From assembly GCF_009914755.1 (NCBI RefSeq), contig NC_060930.1: a stretch of DNA of 64,000 bases, one strand, 5' to 3'. Both the position numbers and the translations under genes were made by a program. Within the stretch, counting starts at the first letter, position 1. Each line of letters starts with the position of its first letter. The notes under the pieces were generated by a model. It made no database searches, had not been told where the DNA came from, and saw only the letters and a list, made by a program, of their open reading frames with translations. The DNA comes from the human T2T-CHM13v2.0 reference genome, Homo sapiens. Below are positions 1 through 14,712 of the stretch, in pieces.

Positions 1-155
1 ATATAACCTCAGACAATCAGAGAACTCTGGGCTAGTCATGTGAGACACTAGTGTGATTGTGAAAAGGCATGCAGTCATCCTTTACCTATATCCATGATAT
101 AAATATTTTTTAAATGCTATAAGGATATTTTAATTACTTATTATTTTAGGGACTG

Positions 156-277
156 TTTTTTAGAGATGGGGTCTTGTTATATTGCCCAGGCTCATCTGGA
201 ATTATTGGCCTCATGCACTCTTCCCACCTCAGCCTCCCAAGTTGCTGGGATTACAGTCATCAGCCACCATGCTCGGT
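156..277 (-). mobile_element. Alu left monomer (FLAM/AluJ-type)
   Basis: Reverse-oriented Alu arm: tagagatggggtcttg...cctcagcctcccaagttgctgggattaca...gccaccatgctcgg. Confidence 0.85.
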
Positions 278-689
278 TCTTTTAATTTATTGTGAAAATT
301 TAAAAAGAAATGCATAGAAAATGCATAATACAGGTTTGGCACAAAATAAACTCACAATAATGTACTTATCATTAATACTGTATTTATTAACATTGTATTA
401 CAAAAATACAGTCCCTAAACTTCTCTTTATCCAGAGAGATTTAACATACTACAGACAACATTAGAAGACCTATTAAACATTGCCAACATTTACCCATATC
501 CAGCGTTCTTCTACTTCTGATTATGCTGAGGAGAAATTTCCCCTTCTGTTGAATTTAGGCATAACCAGCTCATGTATCTAATTCTAAAAGTTGCATGTGT
601 CATTTTGGAACCACTCATTTATTTGCTAGCTATCAACACTCCAGCTTTCTCTGTTTTTCCTTGTCATTGCAAACTATGTTGCAGTATGT

Positions 690-840
690 TGAAATGGAAG
701 CCTCCCTCAGCAATAATCATGGATAAACAGAGCTCTCCTGTAGTATCAAAGAGAAAAAAATACAAACAAGCTTTTGTTTACACTATAGTTTTTGGATTGG
801 TTTGTTACTGAAGCGTAGCCAAACTATTCTGATCAATACA
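690..840 (+). mobile_element. MLT1-family (MaLR) LTR 3' fragment
   Basis: Ends in ttgttactgaagcgtagcc...tgatcaataca, resembling the MLT1 LTR terminus. Confidence 0.5.
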
Positions 841-2559
841 ATGACCTATGTCAGTATTTTTCAAAATGTCATTGAATACTAAATTATTCTTTAAATAAAA
901 GGTCTTATGTTAAATGAATGTGCTAAAGTCCTACAAAATGTATAAGATTACAATGTATGTTATATTAAAAGTTCTAAAATCTTCTCTAACACAGAAGCAT
1001 GATTGGCTTTAACACAGAAATTTATAAGTTTATTTGAGAAAAAATCTATGGCAACATATTTATTGACATTCTGCAGAAGAGCAATGCAAAGATCACCAGT
1101 ATGGAAACTTTTACCTCAGAAAGGATGAGATACACCTAATTGAAAATAAGCAGAAAGGATGGTGTACAAAGAAATGCCATGAAATTAAAATATTCTATTA
1201 AAAACTATTTTTAATGTATTCTAAAATCTGGATATAAGATATTTGTTAAACTGTAACTGTAAAACAAATAATAGTAATAACAGAAAACACTTATCACTGA
1301 ATTGCTAATGAAATTATCATTGCGCTTAAATTTGAAGAAAAACAAACCAGTTATAATATTGTTATATCCAAATATATCATGAAGAAGAATTAAAAACAAT
1401 GATAGGTTTTTATTGTTTCTATGAAATTTAATTATTTATTGGTTTTGAAGTTGTCTTTACAACAAAAGTAATGAGTGAATTTTTATGGGATTCAAGTTTG
1501 AGGATATAAAAGAAGAAACGAAATATATTACATTATTAAAATGTTATTGCTGTGACAGTCATCTATTTTATTTTTTTCTTCTTTCCTTGTTTTTTCTCCC
1601 TTTCTTTGTTTTTAATTTCTTTCTCATTTTTATAATTCTGATTACATAGTAAAAGAAGTTTGCTACTATGATTTCACAGAAAATTATAATGACAGCTAGA
1701 GTTGTCAGTGATCCTGAAAAAGTAAGTGTAGTTCAATTGCAATGATTAGAAGCAGCTCTCTTACTTTGTAAATTTAGCTAAAATCAATGAGCAAATTTAC
1801 TGTTTTGTAATAATATGTTTTACTTAGACATCAATACTCTTAATATCAGTTTAATATTTTAAAAGATTCTCTACAATAATAAATAACTAAAAAATATTAT
1901 AAATATTCCATTAGGTTCTGTATCCTGGTATACTTACAAGTAGAAAAGAATTTATATTGCCATGTCATTTCATACGGATTATTCTAAAATGTACTTCAGA
2001 TTCTGAGAGGTATTTTTTGGTGTATGCATCTGACATATCTTTAAGAACCTTTAAAACATCACCAGAAATAAGAGAAGCTTTAGATTTTCAAGTGCTTTCA
2101 GAGTAAACATGCATTTCAATGAGGAACTGTTTCAAGAGAGAATGAAACAATTTATAGTACTATATAGGCTCCCTGCAAGCTAATAATCCTCTATTATCAT
2201 TCTGTAATTATTTTTCACAGTTTTTTTTTATTAGAAAAACACGGGGAAGCCAGGATTTAAAAAGAAAAAAATAAAAAGTATCAAATTGGAATAACATCTT
2301 CTTTAAATAAAAGAATGATGGATGGATGACAGCCTGTAGGTATGCCAGGTTAAGCAACCAAGCAACAGGATTTAGGTAAGCTGAAGGGTAAACATTTCCA
2401 CAGAAGATAAACACTTAAACAGAAATTATAAGACATTAATACACTGATGAAATTTCAGCAACATAAAGGGCAATCAATAGAGTAGAACTCCAAAGAACTG
2501 GAGTCAACAAAATAATCTGAAATTATATATGTATATATATTATATCTTCAAAATATAGG

Positions 2560-3700
2560 AAAGGCTTCCAAAAAAAATAAAAGAAAACAATAAACAAAGA
2601 AAAAAGAGACACATGTGAAAAGAAGCAATAAGAAATCTTAAATGTGAAAAAAGGTATTTTTTTACATTAGTTGAATAAAAACTATTTTTTTCAATTAAAA
2701 ATCTGAAGAGTAGATTGGCTAATCTGACTATTTTCTGGAGACTAATATGACACAGCTGGAGAGAAAATTATTAAATTAATAAAAATTAATAAGTATATAT
2801 TCTAAGACATACTATGAATAAACGTATTGTTGATGAATGAAGAAAAAAATTATAAAAATGAAAATAAAAAGAGGAAGGATAAAATGAGAAGCACAGATGC
2901 ACAACTATTATTTGCTGTATAAAGATAAAGCAGAATGAGAAAAATACAATAGTCAAACAGATAATGACTAAGAATTTTGCAGCATCGAAGAGAAACATGA
3001 GACTTAGATTTAAGAAACCCAGTATGTGCTGAGAAGATAAAGTAGAAATAAATACTATTTAGATATAGACATTTTCTAGTAAAAAGGTAAAACACTAACG
3101 AAAAAAATTAAAAAAAAAAACCTTTAAAAGTACCAGGTGATAAAGGCAGGTTAACTACAGGACAATACAACTCACATGAGCAACACATTTGTTGTTAGAG
3201 GTCCCTGGACTCGAATTCTGTTCAGTGATTTCTAAGTTGTGCAAGCTCAGTTGTTTGCTACTCCATCTTTCTGTGCCTTGGACTCCTCATTTAAGCACTT
3301 TGCACATATTATCTCACTTAATCCTCAGAACCATCCCTGGCATGTAGAGAAAAACTGATATATATTAGAGATTGCAACTTATTATTATTTTAAAATTTAT
3401 TATCAGTTGTTAAGGAGCCAGAAGACAACAGAGTAATGTATTTCAAATGATGAGGAAAAGAACTATGAACCCCGTATCCCCTAACCAAGAGCCAGGGCTA
3501 ATTAAGATAATTTTAAATACGCAAAAAATTGGAAATATTTCTAATCAGGGCCCTCATGATAGCGCATTAAATACTTCAGGAAGAAGAAAAAAATGTATCC
3601 AGAAAGAAGAAATGGGAAGTAAAAAGCAAAAATAATTTAAAAGTTAGTAAAATAAGTTTGTGAATAAAAAAGTGCTTATTGTAATAAATGAAAGTATTTC
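2560..3700 (+). mobile_element. Very old L1M (L1ME-like) ORF1 relic, interrupted by MIR fragments near 3200-3350
   Basis: A-rich strand with degenerate ORF1 motifs (gataatgactaagaattttgcagc, gccagaagacaacagagtaatgtatttcaaatg); MIR-like cacatattatctcacttaatcctca. Confidence 0.55.
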
Positions 3701-3748
3701 ATGACATACTACATTGCTTTCTCTTTTGCATTTATGTTTATATGACTG

Positions 3749-4767
3749 TTTACCCAAAGAGTCTGAGGTTTCCATCTGTCCCTAGATCATACACATCCTA
3801 AGTAGATTATAGGAAAAGAGACGAGGTAAAATACAAGAAATGGACTGCCCAAAACTTTTATTAATGAAATGCCCTTAACATCTAAATCATTGAGGTCATG
3901 TTTTTATTAACGAGTAGTAGTTCATGCTTTCCATAGTCAAAAAGATCATGGAACTATGATAAGCCCCATTTTGCCCTAGGTAGCCATTAAAATTCAGATT
4001 GTGTAATATTTAGAAATACTTCATTTCTGTTCAAAAAGAAAAGATAAAAATTGTAATTACTTGGGAACACCAAACCTAGAAGTGAATCAACATGCACTAT
4101 TAACCTTCTTGCTTGGCAACAAAATTTTCACATATGAGCTAGGAGATACTAAAATCAAAGGAATATACAGAGTGCCCTAATGATTCTGTGAAATTAGAAA
4201 TAATCCCTCATAGATTTTCAAAGGAGTTATTATTTTTGCATTTTTAATAATTTCATATTCTGAAAACTTTATTAAAACTTCAGATTCTAATACCATCAGG
4301 ATTGTTTAATGTTCTATTCAAAATGCAGCCTCAAACCAGATAGCATTGACACTTGATAAAAATGGAAAGATCTATACTCATTTTAAAGAGAAGTTTCTAA
4401 TATTAATAAGTTGTTAGAATGAGAATATTTGAGTTTACTACATGTTACTTGAGGCTATTTAATATATATAAAAATCTCTTTTAAGTAGTACAGTTTTTAC
4501 CTTTTCTTTTGTTCCTTTATTGATTTTTCCTTTCCTCCTTTTCTTCTTTATTTTCCTCCTCCCTCCTTCCCTCCCTTTTCCCTTTTACTCAATGAGACTG
4601 AGGTTTCCATCTGTCCCTAGGTTATACACATCCTAAGTAGATTAAAGGAAAGGAGAGAGAAGACAAGAGGTAAAATTGAAGAAACGGATTGCCCAAAAGT
4701 TTTATTAATGAAATGTCCTTAACATCTAAATCACTGAGGTCATGTCTTTATTAAAGAGTAACAGTTC
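3749..4767 (+). repeat. Local direct duplication: copy 1 at 3749-3923, copy 2 at 4584-4767
   Basis: Manual alignment gives about 19 substitutions in 175 nt plus one 9-nt indel. Confidence 0.95.
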
Positions 4768-4869
4768 TCTCTCTCTCTCTCTATCCCATTTTCTTTTTAT
4801 ATTCTGGCTTGTACCTGTTTAGCTAAGCTATTTGTCTCCATGGAATTAAATCAGAACATTCTGTTTCAA

Positions 4870-5350
4870 TCCTCTGTCTTCCATTCCTGCTATACTTGCC
4901 TTGCCTCACTCTGCCTCAGACACATTAGTCTTGGGACATTAGGACTTTTGTGATGGCTCTTATCTTTCCTGGAAACTTTCAGTCCTTGATTTTCCTAAGC
5001 TTAATTCCCTCACCTCCTCAAATCATTTGTTCTCATGTCACCTTCTCAGTGAGATCTGCTCTGACTACCTGATTGAAAATTGGCCACCTCCATCTCATTT
5101 CTCCTCTCTTTTCACTTACTCTTTCTCTTGCGTAATGCTCAACCCCTAGAAGATAGCATGTAATTTAATTTTATATTGTTTTTATTCTTTGATATCTGTC
5201 TCTACTGAATCCTAACCAAAAGACATACTGGAATGTAAGCTTCACGAATATAGATATTTTTGTCTATTTTGTTCACTTTATATCCAAAAGGTCTAGAAAT
5301 GTTCTTGGTACATAAAAGCTGCTAGATAGAGATAGATATTTATTGTAAAT
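4870..5350 (+). mobile_element. L2 (L2a-like) 3' end
   Basis: atgtcaccttctcagtgag, gaatgtaagcttcacga...tttgtctattttgttcact...ggtacata. Confidence 0.75.
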
Positions 5351-5630
5351 TTGTAGAAAATGACTAGGTAAAAGTAGGAAAAACAATTCAACTTTCATAA
5401 GAAAAAGCCTTCCAGTGGGAACAATCTGCTAAGAAAGGCAAGCTAATATGGACACACCTCTGAGAGTCACTATCCCTGTTTGAGAAGCCACTAAATAGGA
5501 CATTTAGAATCAGTGGTCAAGGCACGAAGCATCTCTTTCCCTGAGTGGAATTCTTTACTATGGTTATTCTGCTTTTCTTTCACTTTTGTGTATCAGGTAT
5601 TTTGAAAGTGGCTAAATTTATTATTTAGAC

Positions 5631-5958
5631 AAGAGATTGTCAAATGAAAGCTCTTTGCCCAAATCCTGGCCACTGCCTGTTTTTGTACAAGCTGTGAACT
5701 AAAAATGGTTTACACATTTTAATTGTGGGAAAAATTTTATAATAATATTTCATAGCATACAAATATAATAAAATACACATTCCATTCAATGTCTATAAAT
5801 AAATTTTATTGGAACCAAAACACATTTATTTATGTGGCGCTATGGCTGTTTTAGTGCTACAGTGATACAATTGAGTAGTAGTAACAGAGGCTGTATGAGT
5901 ATCAAGCCTAAAATATTTACTAACTGGCCTTGCTGAAAAGAAAGTTTGCTGACCCTTG
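5631..5958 (+). mobile_element. MER58B (hAT-Charlie non-autonomous DNA transposon)
   Basis: ggccactgcctgtttttgtac...aaagtttgctgacccttg; perfect 8-bp TSD atttagac at 5623-5630 and 5959-5966. Confidence 0.85.
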
Positions 5959-6729
5959 ATTTAGACCATATGCTTCAAGATAGAGAAGAAGTAAATCAAA
6001 GAAAGACTGAGACTGACTAGATGAAATAGCAACAATATATAGAGAGTGTGGATTCAGAGAATACTGTCTGTGACACTGTCAAGGAGTCTTGAACTAAACA
6101 TAGCAATAAGTGACTACCAATAGTGGGAGAGATGAGTAGATTTGGTGTTGTTTTTTGAGGTTTTTGGTGTGGTTTTGGTGTAGTTTTAAGAAATCTTAAA
6201 TATAAGGTAAGCGGGGACATTCTGAGAATTTTATATGAAAAATAACAGACAACTATTGTGCTGGAAAGATGAATTATGATGATCACCAAAGTGAATGCCA
6301 GATTAGTACCCACCTAGCACCAGTTTTACCAGCAACTTTCTCCATGGCTTGAACAGGGAGCTGGATAAAGGCCTAACATGTAAAATTCCAGGGCTTGACA
6401 TGCACCTGTTTCCTAACATGTGGAAAGAACAGAAGAATGAAAAGACATGGTTTGCATACAGAACGAATGCTAAAGGGGGAAAAATCAATGTACTAGTTAC
6501 TTAGAACAAGAAAAAGTGATGTAAGAAAACAGCTGGTGTTAAGTAATATTTTATAATATTCAGGTTTTTGGTTCTAGTTGTTGTGGAAGTTTAGATGCAT
6601 TCTTAGCTTTAGATTTAGTGAAATTCTTCAAGATCTTTATTAAAACTTCCTCCACTGATGGGAAAGAGAGGAAGTGAACTAACGGACTTTAGAAAACAGA
6701 ATTTTGACTGCATATTATATAGCATAAGA

Positions 6730-8275
6730 CAAAAATAATCATATGCAATCATTGTACTCTAGTTAGTAAATTTGTTTTCCGTAAGACTATGAGTTAGGAA
6801 TTCTGAAGCTACTTTATTTGTTTCCTAGGGTTGAACAAACAAGTAAATATATTGTAGATAATGAAAGATATTCTCACCGTGCACATAAGCAGTTATAAAT
6901 CAGAAAAAAGGAAAGGCCAAAATGAATTCTGTGATGCTGGATTGAAATGAGAAGCATCAAATAAACTCTTTGTAGATAGAGAGATTTATATAGATGTATG
7001 AGTGAACTAGTTACTGTGTTTATGTGTATGTGTGGAAATATTTATGCATTATATGTATTTTATATAACATATTGATATATATTATGATACATATGATATA
7101 TGGAGATATATAGATATATACCCTTGCTCTATCCAATCAGAAATGCTAGCAGCAGTGACATCATAGTAACAATGAGCACATCATCTACAGACAAGATTTT
7201 GGTTTCTAAATACCATTATACTTTAAAAGGAACGTGGACTCCTTGGAAAAACGGCAATTCCAGAAATGAGACAGGAAAAGTACAAGGTGAACCTGAAGCA
7301 TTTTATGTTGCCTCAACATAAGGAACTGCTTAAAAATAGCTTTTAAAAGGACAGGTAATATCAGAAGGAGGCAAGAATTATTCTGAAACAACTCCCCATA
7401 GCCAAAGTTGAAATACCTTATACTATAACAATGGTATTAAATTATACCTCCCAACATAAAATAAAAACTCATTGGACTATATAATACAAAAAACGACAAA
7501 ATAAATCAATAGATGGAGGAGATAGACAAATATTTCCTATGGAAGAATTTCATATATTAATGATGGAAGGAAAGCAAGAATTAAAAAATCGCCAATCCAC
7601 TTTTCAATGTAGAAATTGGTGAAAAAAAGTTAAAGCAGAAACAGGATATTTACATAGTCTTGATGTATTTCCTATTAAATATTTAATAATTACAAAGCAA
7701 AAAATAGTTAACTTTACATTGGAGAATCCTAGCAAGTGCCTAATGGTCAAAGTTAATATCATCAGTAATAAGACATAGGAACATCATATATCCTCCTGAT
7801 AAGATTCATTGAGAAAGGCATATTGCTCTACTATGTCAGTCCAAATAAGCACAGCTTCAGTCTAATCAAGAGAAACTATCAGATAAATCCAAGTTGAAAT
7901 ACATTCCAAAAAATAACTGGTCACTATGTTTCAAAAATGTCAGGTTTTTTAAAGAAAAGACCCATACTGTCTCTTAGATTGGAGGCAACTAAGAAGGCAT
8001 AATAAGAATATGCAGTGTGAGATCCTGGCTTACATTCTAAATCATAAAAAAGGCAACAGTAGAAAAACTTTGATGAAATTTAAATATGTTTTGTGTTTTT
8101 GCTAATATGATTATATCATGATTATATCAGTGTTAATTTCTTAGTTTTGATAAAAGTTCTACGGTCACATAAGTTGTTAAGAGGAAGCTAGTTGAAATAG
8201 ATATAAAAACTCTCAGTATTATTCTTGCAACCTTTCTGTGAGCCTAAAACCATCTCAACATAGAAACTTTTAAAG
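6730..8275 (+). mobile_element. Old L1M (L1MC/L1MD-type) 3' UTR region
   Basis: gcagcagtgacatcatagtaacaatgagcaca, ttttggtttctaaataccatt, terminal actctcagtattattcttgcaacctttctgtgagcctaaa. Confidence 0.75.
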
Positions 8276-9279
8276 AATGTATCTTCTTCCCCTTTGCCCA
8301 AAAGAACCCTAACAGTACTGAAGAGAGGAAATTATTCCACAGTTTCTTATTGAGCAGGCAGAGAACAGAAAAACCAGCCCAGATAACATATAAGCTGCTT
8401 TCTCAGCTTCCTGACACTTTCTATTTCCTTCAGGAACAGCCATAGCTAGAAGAAACAAATGAGCAGAAGGAGAAAGTCAGAGTGGCTTATCTTCATTTCA
8501 TGCCCAGAAGGAAGAACAAAGACAGCTCTTAGAAACGAGTAGAGAGGAAAGCTGAATAATATGTATTATTTCTCAGCTTTTCTAGTTCTTTTAAATGATA
8601 ATTATTTTATTGCCAAAGGAATACTCTCCAAACATAAAATCTAGGCGTTGTATTAAATTGCAATTCAAATATACGTTTAGCATATTTATCATTTTACTCT
8701 TGTTCTTCATAGATGTTTAAATAGAATAAAAGCAAATGCCAGTCTGATTCCCTTATGTACAAAGAGATGATTGGAATAACATTGCTGGCAATATTAATGA
8801 AATTTAGATTTCCAAAGAGGAGAGGTGGTATAATTTTTAAATAATCTTATTAAAACATAGGGGAAAAGGTTTTTAATTTACATTTGTAATTTAAACTACA
8901 GTTATCAATAGTTTATTTATTTTACTATTTTCAACCTAAAGTAAGAAGTAATGTTATTGGATATTCAGGAGAAGAATACTATGAGTACAAGCAGCATTTG
9001 CATTCTAAGCTATCAATATCATCAGAAGGTAGTTTATTCATGAAGTAGCAAAGTAATTATGGGCAAACTTCCACCTAAATCATTGGGGATGACTTGTTAT
9101 CTGAAGTGAACTCTTATTTCTATAAGTCCCACAGCAAAGATAAGCTCATAAATGTACAGGGGGAAACAGATTATAAAATAGAATGAATTTAACTAAGGTG
9201 GGCACTGTGGCAAAATAAGAGCCCTTGTCTCTGCAACATGGCAACCACTAATAGGTCAGTGTTAATTGTTGCCTTGCAG

Positions 9280-9283
9280 GAAG
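9280..9283 (+). other. Candidate 4-nt microexon (GAAG) or donor of a longer unrecognised exon
   Basis: cactaat branch-like motif at 9246-9252, ttgttgccttgcag acceptor, then AAG|GTAAGT near-consensus donor. Confidence 0.25.
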
Positions 9284-10431
9284 GTAAGTGCATTCTTTTT
9301 AGATTTTTTTAAGGGAAGCCAAAACATAATATTTTTATATACAATCTCAGCAGCCTGTGACTTCCTTTCCACAGGATTGTTAGTGGCATTTGGGATATAT
9401 AGTCCTGCTTTTCTTCCAAAGATAGAACTGGCAGCAGGGACACCGACATAAAAGAAGAATAGGGTAGGTGTCTGTCCCTAGTGGCAGACTATATACTTTT
9501 TGGACATTTTAGAAAAGTCCTTGTTCAAGTAAGAATGGTTAATGAAGTCTTAAGAAAAGTTTTATTTGCTCTTGGACATTTTAAGGATAATTTATAGGCT
9601 AAAGTACTTGCCAATCTCCAAGTGAAGACAATGGTATCCAATTTTTTCCCCAAAGTTACCAAAGTTAAAATAGAAATTTCATGACATCAGGAATACTAAA
9701 ATGCCATACCTGTCTATATATTTGCGTTTTTATCTATTACCTATATTTAAAATGTTTTTTCTGAGTATTTAAGTACATTTGAATATATATGCAGATATGT
9801 ATTTCTTTCCACTCTCATGTTTCAAAATTGACATCTAAGTTTGATAAAGTGTGACCAGCAGATTGTTTTACCCTGAGCAAATGTGAATAGTAATCTTGAG
9901 TTGGGTTAAAGCAGATGTTTGCAAAGCCTTTGGTCATATTTCTGATTTCGGTACTCTAGTCTGTTCTTTATGCTATGATTATGTCTCAACACTCTATAAT
10001 CATGCCTCATCAGTTCATGCTGGCTCAATGTATCCTTAGCATGTTTCTTTTGTGAACCTCCCTGGTCGTTGCCCTACTCCAGCTGGATTTGGTAGCCTGC
10101 TGAGTGAGATTCAATTTTCTGCAAATGCCCTTGCAAGAGCAATTGTCGTTTCAGCATATTTAGATAAGTTTATATGTGTATATAAAATTTTGATTCTTTC
10201 GTTTGAAACAAAACTTTTATGCTATTTAAAGTCAAACTTTGACATGTTTCAAGTGAAATCTTACTGAATTGCCTTTAACTGGTAATCAAAATATCTTGAT
10301 TTTAATTTTGGCTCTGCCACTTGTTAATTATCAGAACTTCAAAGGATAAAATATACTTATCTTTAGTCTCTGTATCTATGAAAAGAGGAAATTTTAAGTG
10401 GATGCTTCTGTCTTCCAAGTACTGTAAGGCA

Positions 10432-10594
10432 TTAGTTTCTAAATTGAGAATATATTAGTATCACCTTATGTAATACTAGATTGCTAGGCTCCAATCACAG
10501 ATATTTGATTTAGTAGCTCAGAGGTGGTCTTGCATTTCCAAAAAGCATCCAGATGATGATGATGGTTTTCCAGACCGCACATTGTGTAGCAGTA
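10432..10594. mobile_element. MER5A/B-type hAT-Charlie element, flanked by MIR fragments (~10300-10390, ~10730-10870)
   Basis: agattgctaggctcc...tgatttagtag...ttgcatttcc...ccagatgatgatgatg...gaccgcacattgtgtagcagt. Confidence 0.65.
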
Positions 10595-10999
10595 CTTTAT
10601 AAAATATTTGGCATAAGCATGATTCTATATTCAACTTTCTGTAATATATTAGCTGTGGAACACTTCCTGATTCTACATGATTTTATTTAATATTTTACAA
10701 GATCGTGTGGGCTGGGCATGTAAGACACAAGAGTACAGTAGTAAGAATAGGGACTTTGAAGACTCTCATACTTGAGTTTAAATCTCAGTTATTTTGATAA
10801 ACTCTTTGAACACCAATTTATTTATTTATAAGGGTTGTTACAAAGGTTAAATATATGTAAGTTTGTGCGTTACATTTACATTCCAATTCCTTCTTCATCA
10901 CCTTTACGCTGTTCTTATTTTACTACAAGTATCATCTGTCTATGGTTCAGGTAGCTAACACAATAAGAAAGTTTAGTTATTACAATATTTAAAAGATGT

Positions 11000-11148
11000 T
11001 GTCAAAGAAAAATAAAAATGGAGGCCACAGTTTAGATATATGCCAAGGCCAACCACCTATAACAACATAGCCCAAACTTAAGTCATTCTGATTTCTGGAA
11101 CCACTACCTCTATTCATAAACTAAATATAAACTGTAAGCTTTGTGACC
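11000..11148 (+). mobile_element. ERV LTR 5' fragment (subfamily not resolved)
   Basis: Begins tgtcaaagaaaaataaaaatggaggccacagtttagata; ends abruptly at an Alu. Confidence 0.5.
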
Positions 11149-11413
<265 letters not shown>

Positions 11414-11589
11414 TTCATTTATTTTAAAAATGAATTTGAATAATTAGATAAGGAAGGTCTTCCAGAAGTAATAAGGAGAAGTAAAGTAATCGAGTCACAA
11501 AGTATGTGGCTTTGGAATTCAAGTATAACATGTATATGTGTATCCATTATGACAATATATATTGCATATCTTGATAGTATTTAACTTAC

Positions 11590-11699
11590 CCTGGTTTGAC
11601 TTATGATTGTTTGACTTTGTGATAGGTTTCTTGGGATATATTTTGGACATAAAATGGGTTTATCATGAAATGATCCCACTGTAAATTGAGGAGCATCTG
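11590..11699. mobile_element. MER47/Tigger5-type TcMar-Tigger fragment
   Basis: Terminus atgggtttatcatgaaatgatcccactgtaaattgaggagcatctg followed by TA. Confidence 0.65.
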
Positions 11700-11849
11700 T
11701 ATGTATTTAAATATATGTGTGTGTGTAGCTTTTCAAGCATGTGTGTTTTAATTTCTTATCAATGTGGAACAAACACCTGGTTCTCTTCTATGTGGGCCTC
11801 TTCATACGGAAGTTTGGACTTCCTCAAAGCTGGATTCCAAGGATTACTG

Positions 11850-12830
11850 TTCCTAGCATTTCTTCCAGGGGAGATCTAGTGGTAACAACCACCCTTAGCT
11901 TTTATTTATCTGGAAATGTCTTAGTTTCTTACTCAATTTGAAAGACAGTTTTGCCAGATAATAGGATTCTTGGTTAATGGGGATTTTTTTTTGAGCGGGG
12001 GGTATGTTGTTTATTTTCTTTTAGCACTTTGAATGAATCAGCTCACTGCTTTCTGGCCTCCAATATTTCTTAAGAGAAATCTGCAGATAGCTTTAGCGAG
12101 AATATTTTGTATTTGAAAAGTTGCATTTCTCTTGCTGCTCTTAAAATTATTTTTTTAATCTTTGGCCTTTGAAAGTTTGATTAAAATGTATCCCAGTGTA
12201 GATTTCTTTAAGTGAGTCCTTTGAGCTTCTTGAATATTAATATTTATGTCTTTCCTCAAATTTGGGATTTTTCCGAGTATTTTTCTTTTGAAATATCTTT
12301 CTGCTCCTTTCTAAGACTCCCACGATGTGTATATTGTTATACTTGATGACGTCCACGGGTCCCATAGGCTCTGTTCAGTTTTCTTTAGTCTTTTTTCTTT
12401 CTGTTAGACTCCATAGTTTTAATTGTCCTATTTTTAAGTTTGTTGAGTTTTGCTTTTGCTTGCTTAAATTTGCCTTTTAATTTTTCTAGTGATTTTTTTT
12501 ATTTCACAGATTATACTTCTCTGTCATGAAAGAAGAGTCCCCATATGAGAAGTTTCCTCCTGGTTGCACATGGGTATAGATGGATGTACAAAACATTATG
12601 AATTTTCCCTCCCCTTTTGTGGAAACTCTTCTTGCTTTTACATTTGCCTGAGTACTGTAGCTTGTCAAATACATTGAGGCAGTCTCTAGCATTCTTGCAG
12701 TGGCATTATGGTCCATATATTGGTGTTTCTGTGACTTGGTGTTTCTGTGAGTAAAAAGAGACTTCCTAGTCCACCGTCTTGCTAATGTCAGTCCTCCATC
12801 ATGATCTTTTGACATCTTGGACTTCAGCCA
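11850..12830 (-). mobile_element. Old L1M ORF1/5' region
   Basis: agcttttatttatctggaaatgtctt...gaaagacagttttgccagatataggattcttgg...cactgctttctggcctcc. Confidence 0.75.
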
Positions 12831-12873
12831 TAATTTATTAGATTGTATTTTTTTCTCTTCCTTGGTTTATTTT

Positions 12874-12904
12874 GTTGTTGTGGTGGTGGTGGTGGTGGTG
12901 GTGG
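12874..12904. repeat. (GTT)n/(TGG)n microsatellite
   Basis: gttgttg followed by (tgg)8. Confidence 0.9.
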
Positions 12905-13329
12905 AATCAGTCCCGAAGGTACTTTTAAGAATGGTTATAGGGTAGAGTATGGAGTTTATGTGTGGAAGGTTTATGGGAATGAATATTTAGCTATAGATTT
13001 TTAAGTAATCTTGAGATTTCAGTTTTCCTCTTTACTGTTATCATATTATGCCTGCCTTTTTGAAGTTCTAAGTATCCCAGGTATACTTTAGCCCTTCTGA
13101 GAGTTAGAGGCCCAAGTCTTCTAAACCCGTCTTTGTTAGACATTGCTTCTTTATTCATTGTCCATCTTCCAACAATGTAATTCAATTCTGTGTTCAATAA
13201 TAGTCACATCCTGTTCTCGTTTTGGTTGTTGTCTTAACTTTTGTTCCATCTATCTGCTTTTAATGGAGTCTTGGGCATAAGAGGAGATGGGCATGTACTC
13301 ATTCAGTGTAACAAATTGAACTAGTTTTA

Positions 13330-14276
<947 letters not shown>

Positions 14277-14712
14277 AGTTCATCAAATATTTATTGAGCA
14301 ATACTAGCTTGCTTTATGCTTGATAATATAAGAATAAAGATTATTTTAAATATGAGATAATATAAGTTTAAACATGTTAGATACCATGAGTTCAGAATTT
14401 TTGAAAAGTTTTTATTGTAGTACATTGAAAGAAACACGAATAAACAGGAATATACCATTCAATATAGTAATAATGTCAAATATCATTTTGAGCACCTAAA
14501 ACATATTGAATGTTGAAAAGTAAATTACATTTGCAGTCTCTTATATCTCATATTTATGATAGCTACCCACACATTTCCCACAAATTACACAGGCAGACTT
14601 AGGCATATTTTTTTATAATCAATTTCAAGAGACTCATTGAGCCTATGAAGCCAATCTGTAAACCAGATAGAATCAACAATTCTCCGGTTAAAAGTCCTTA
14701 ATATAAATAATT

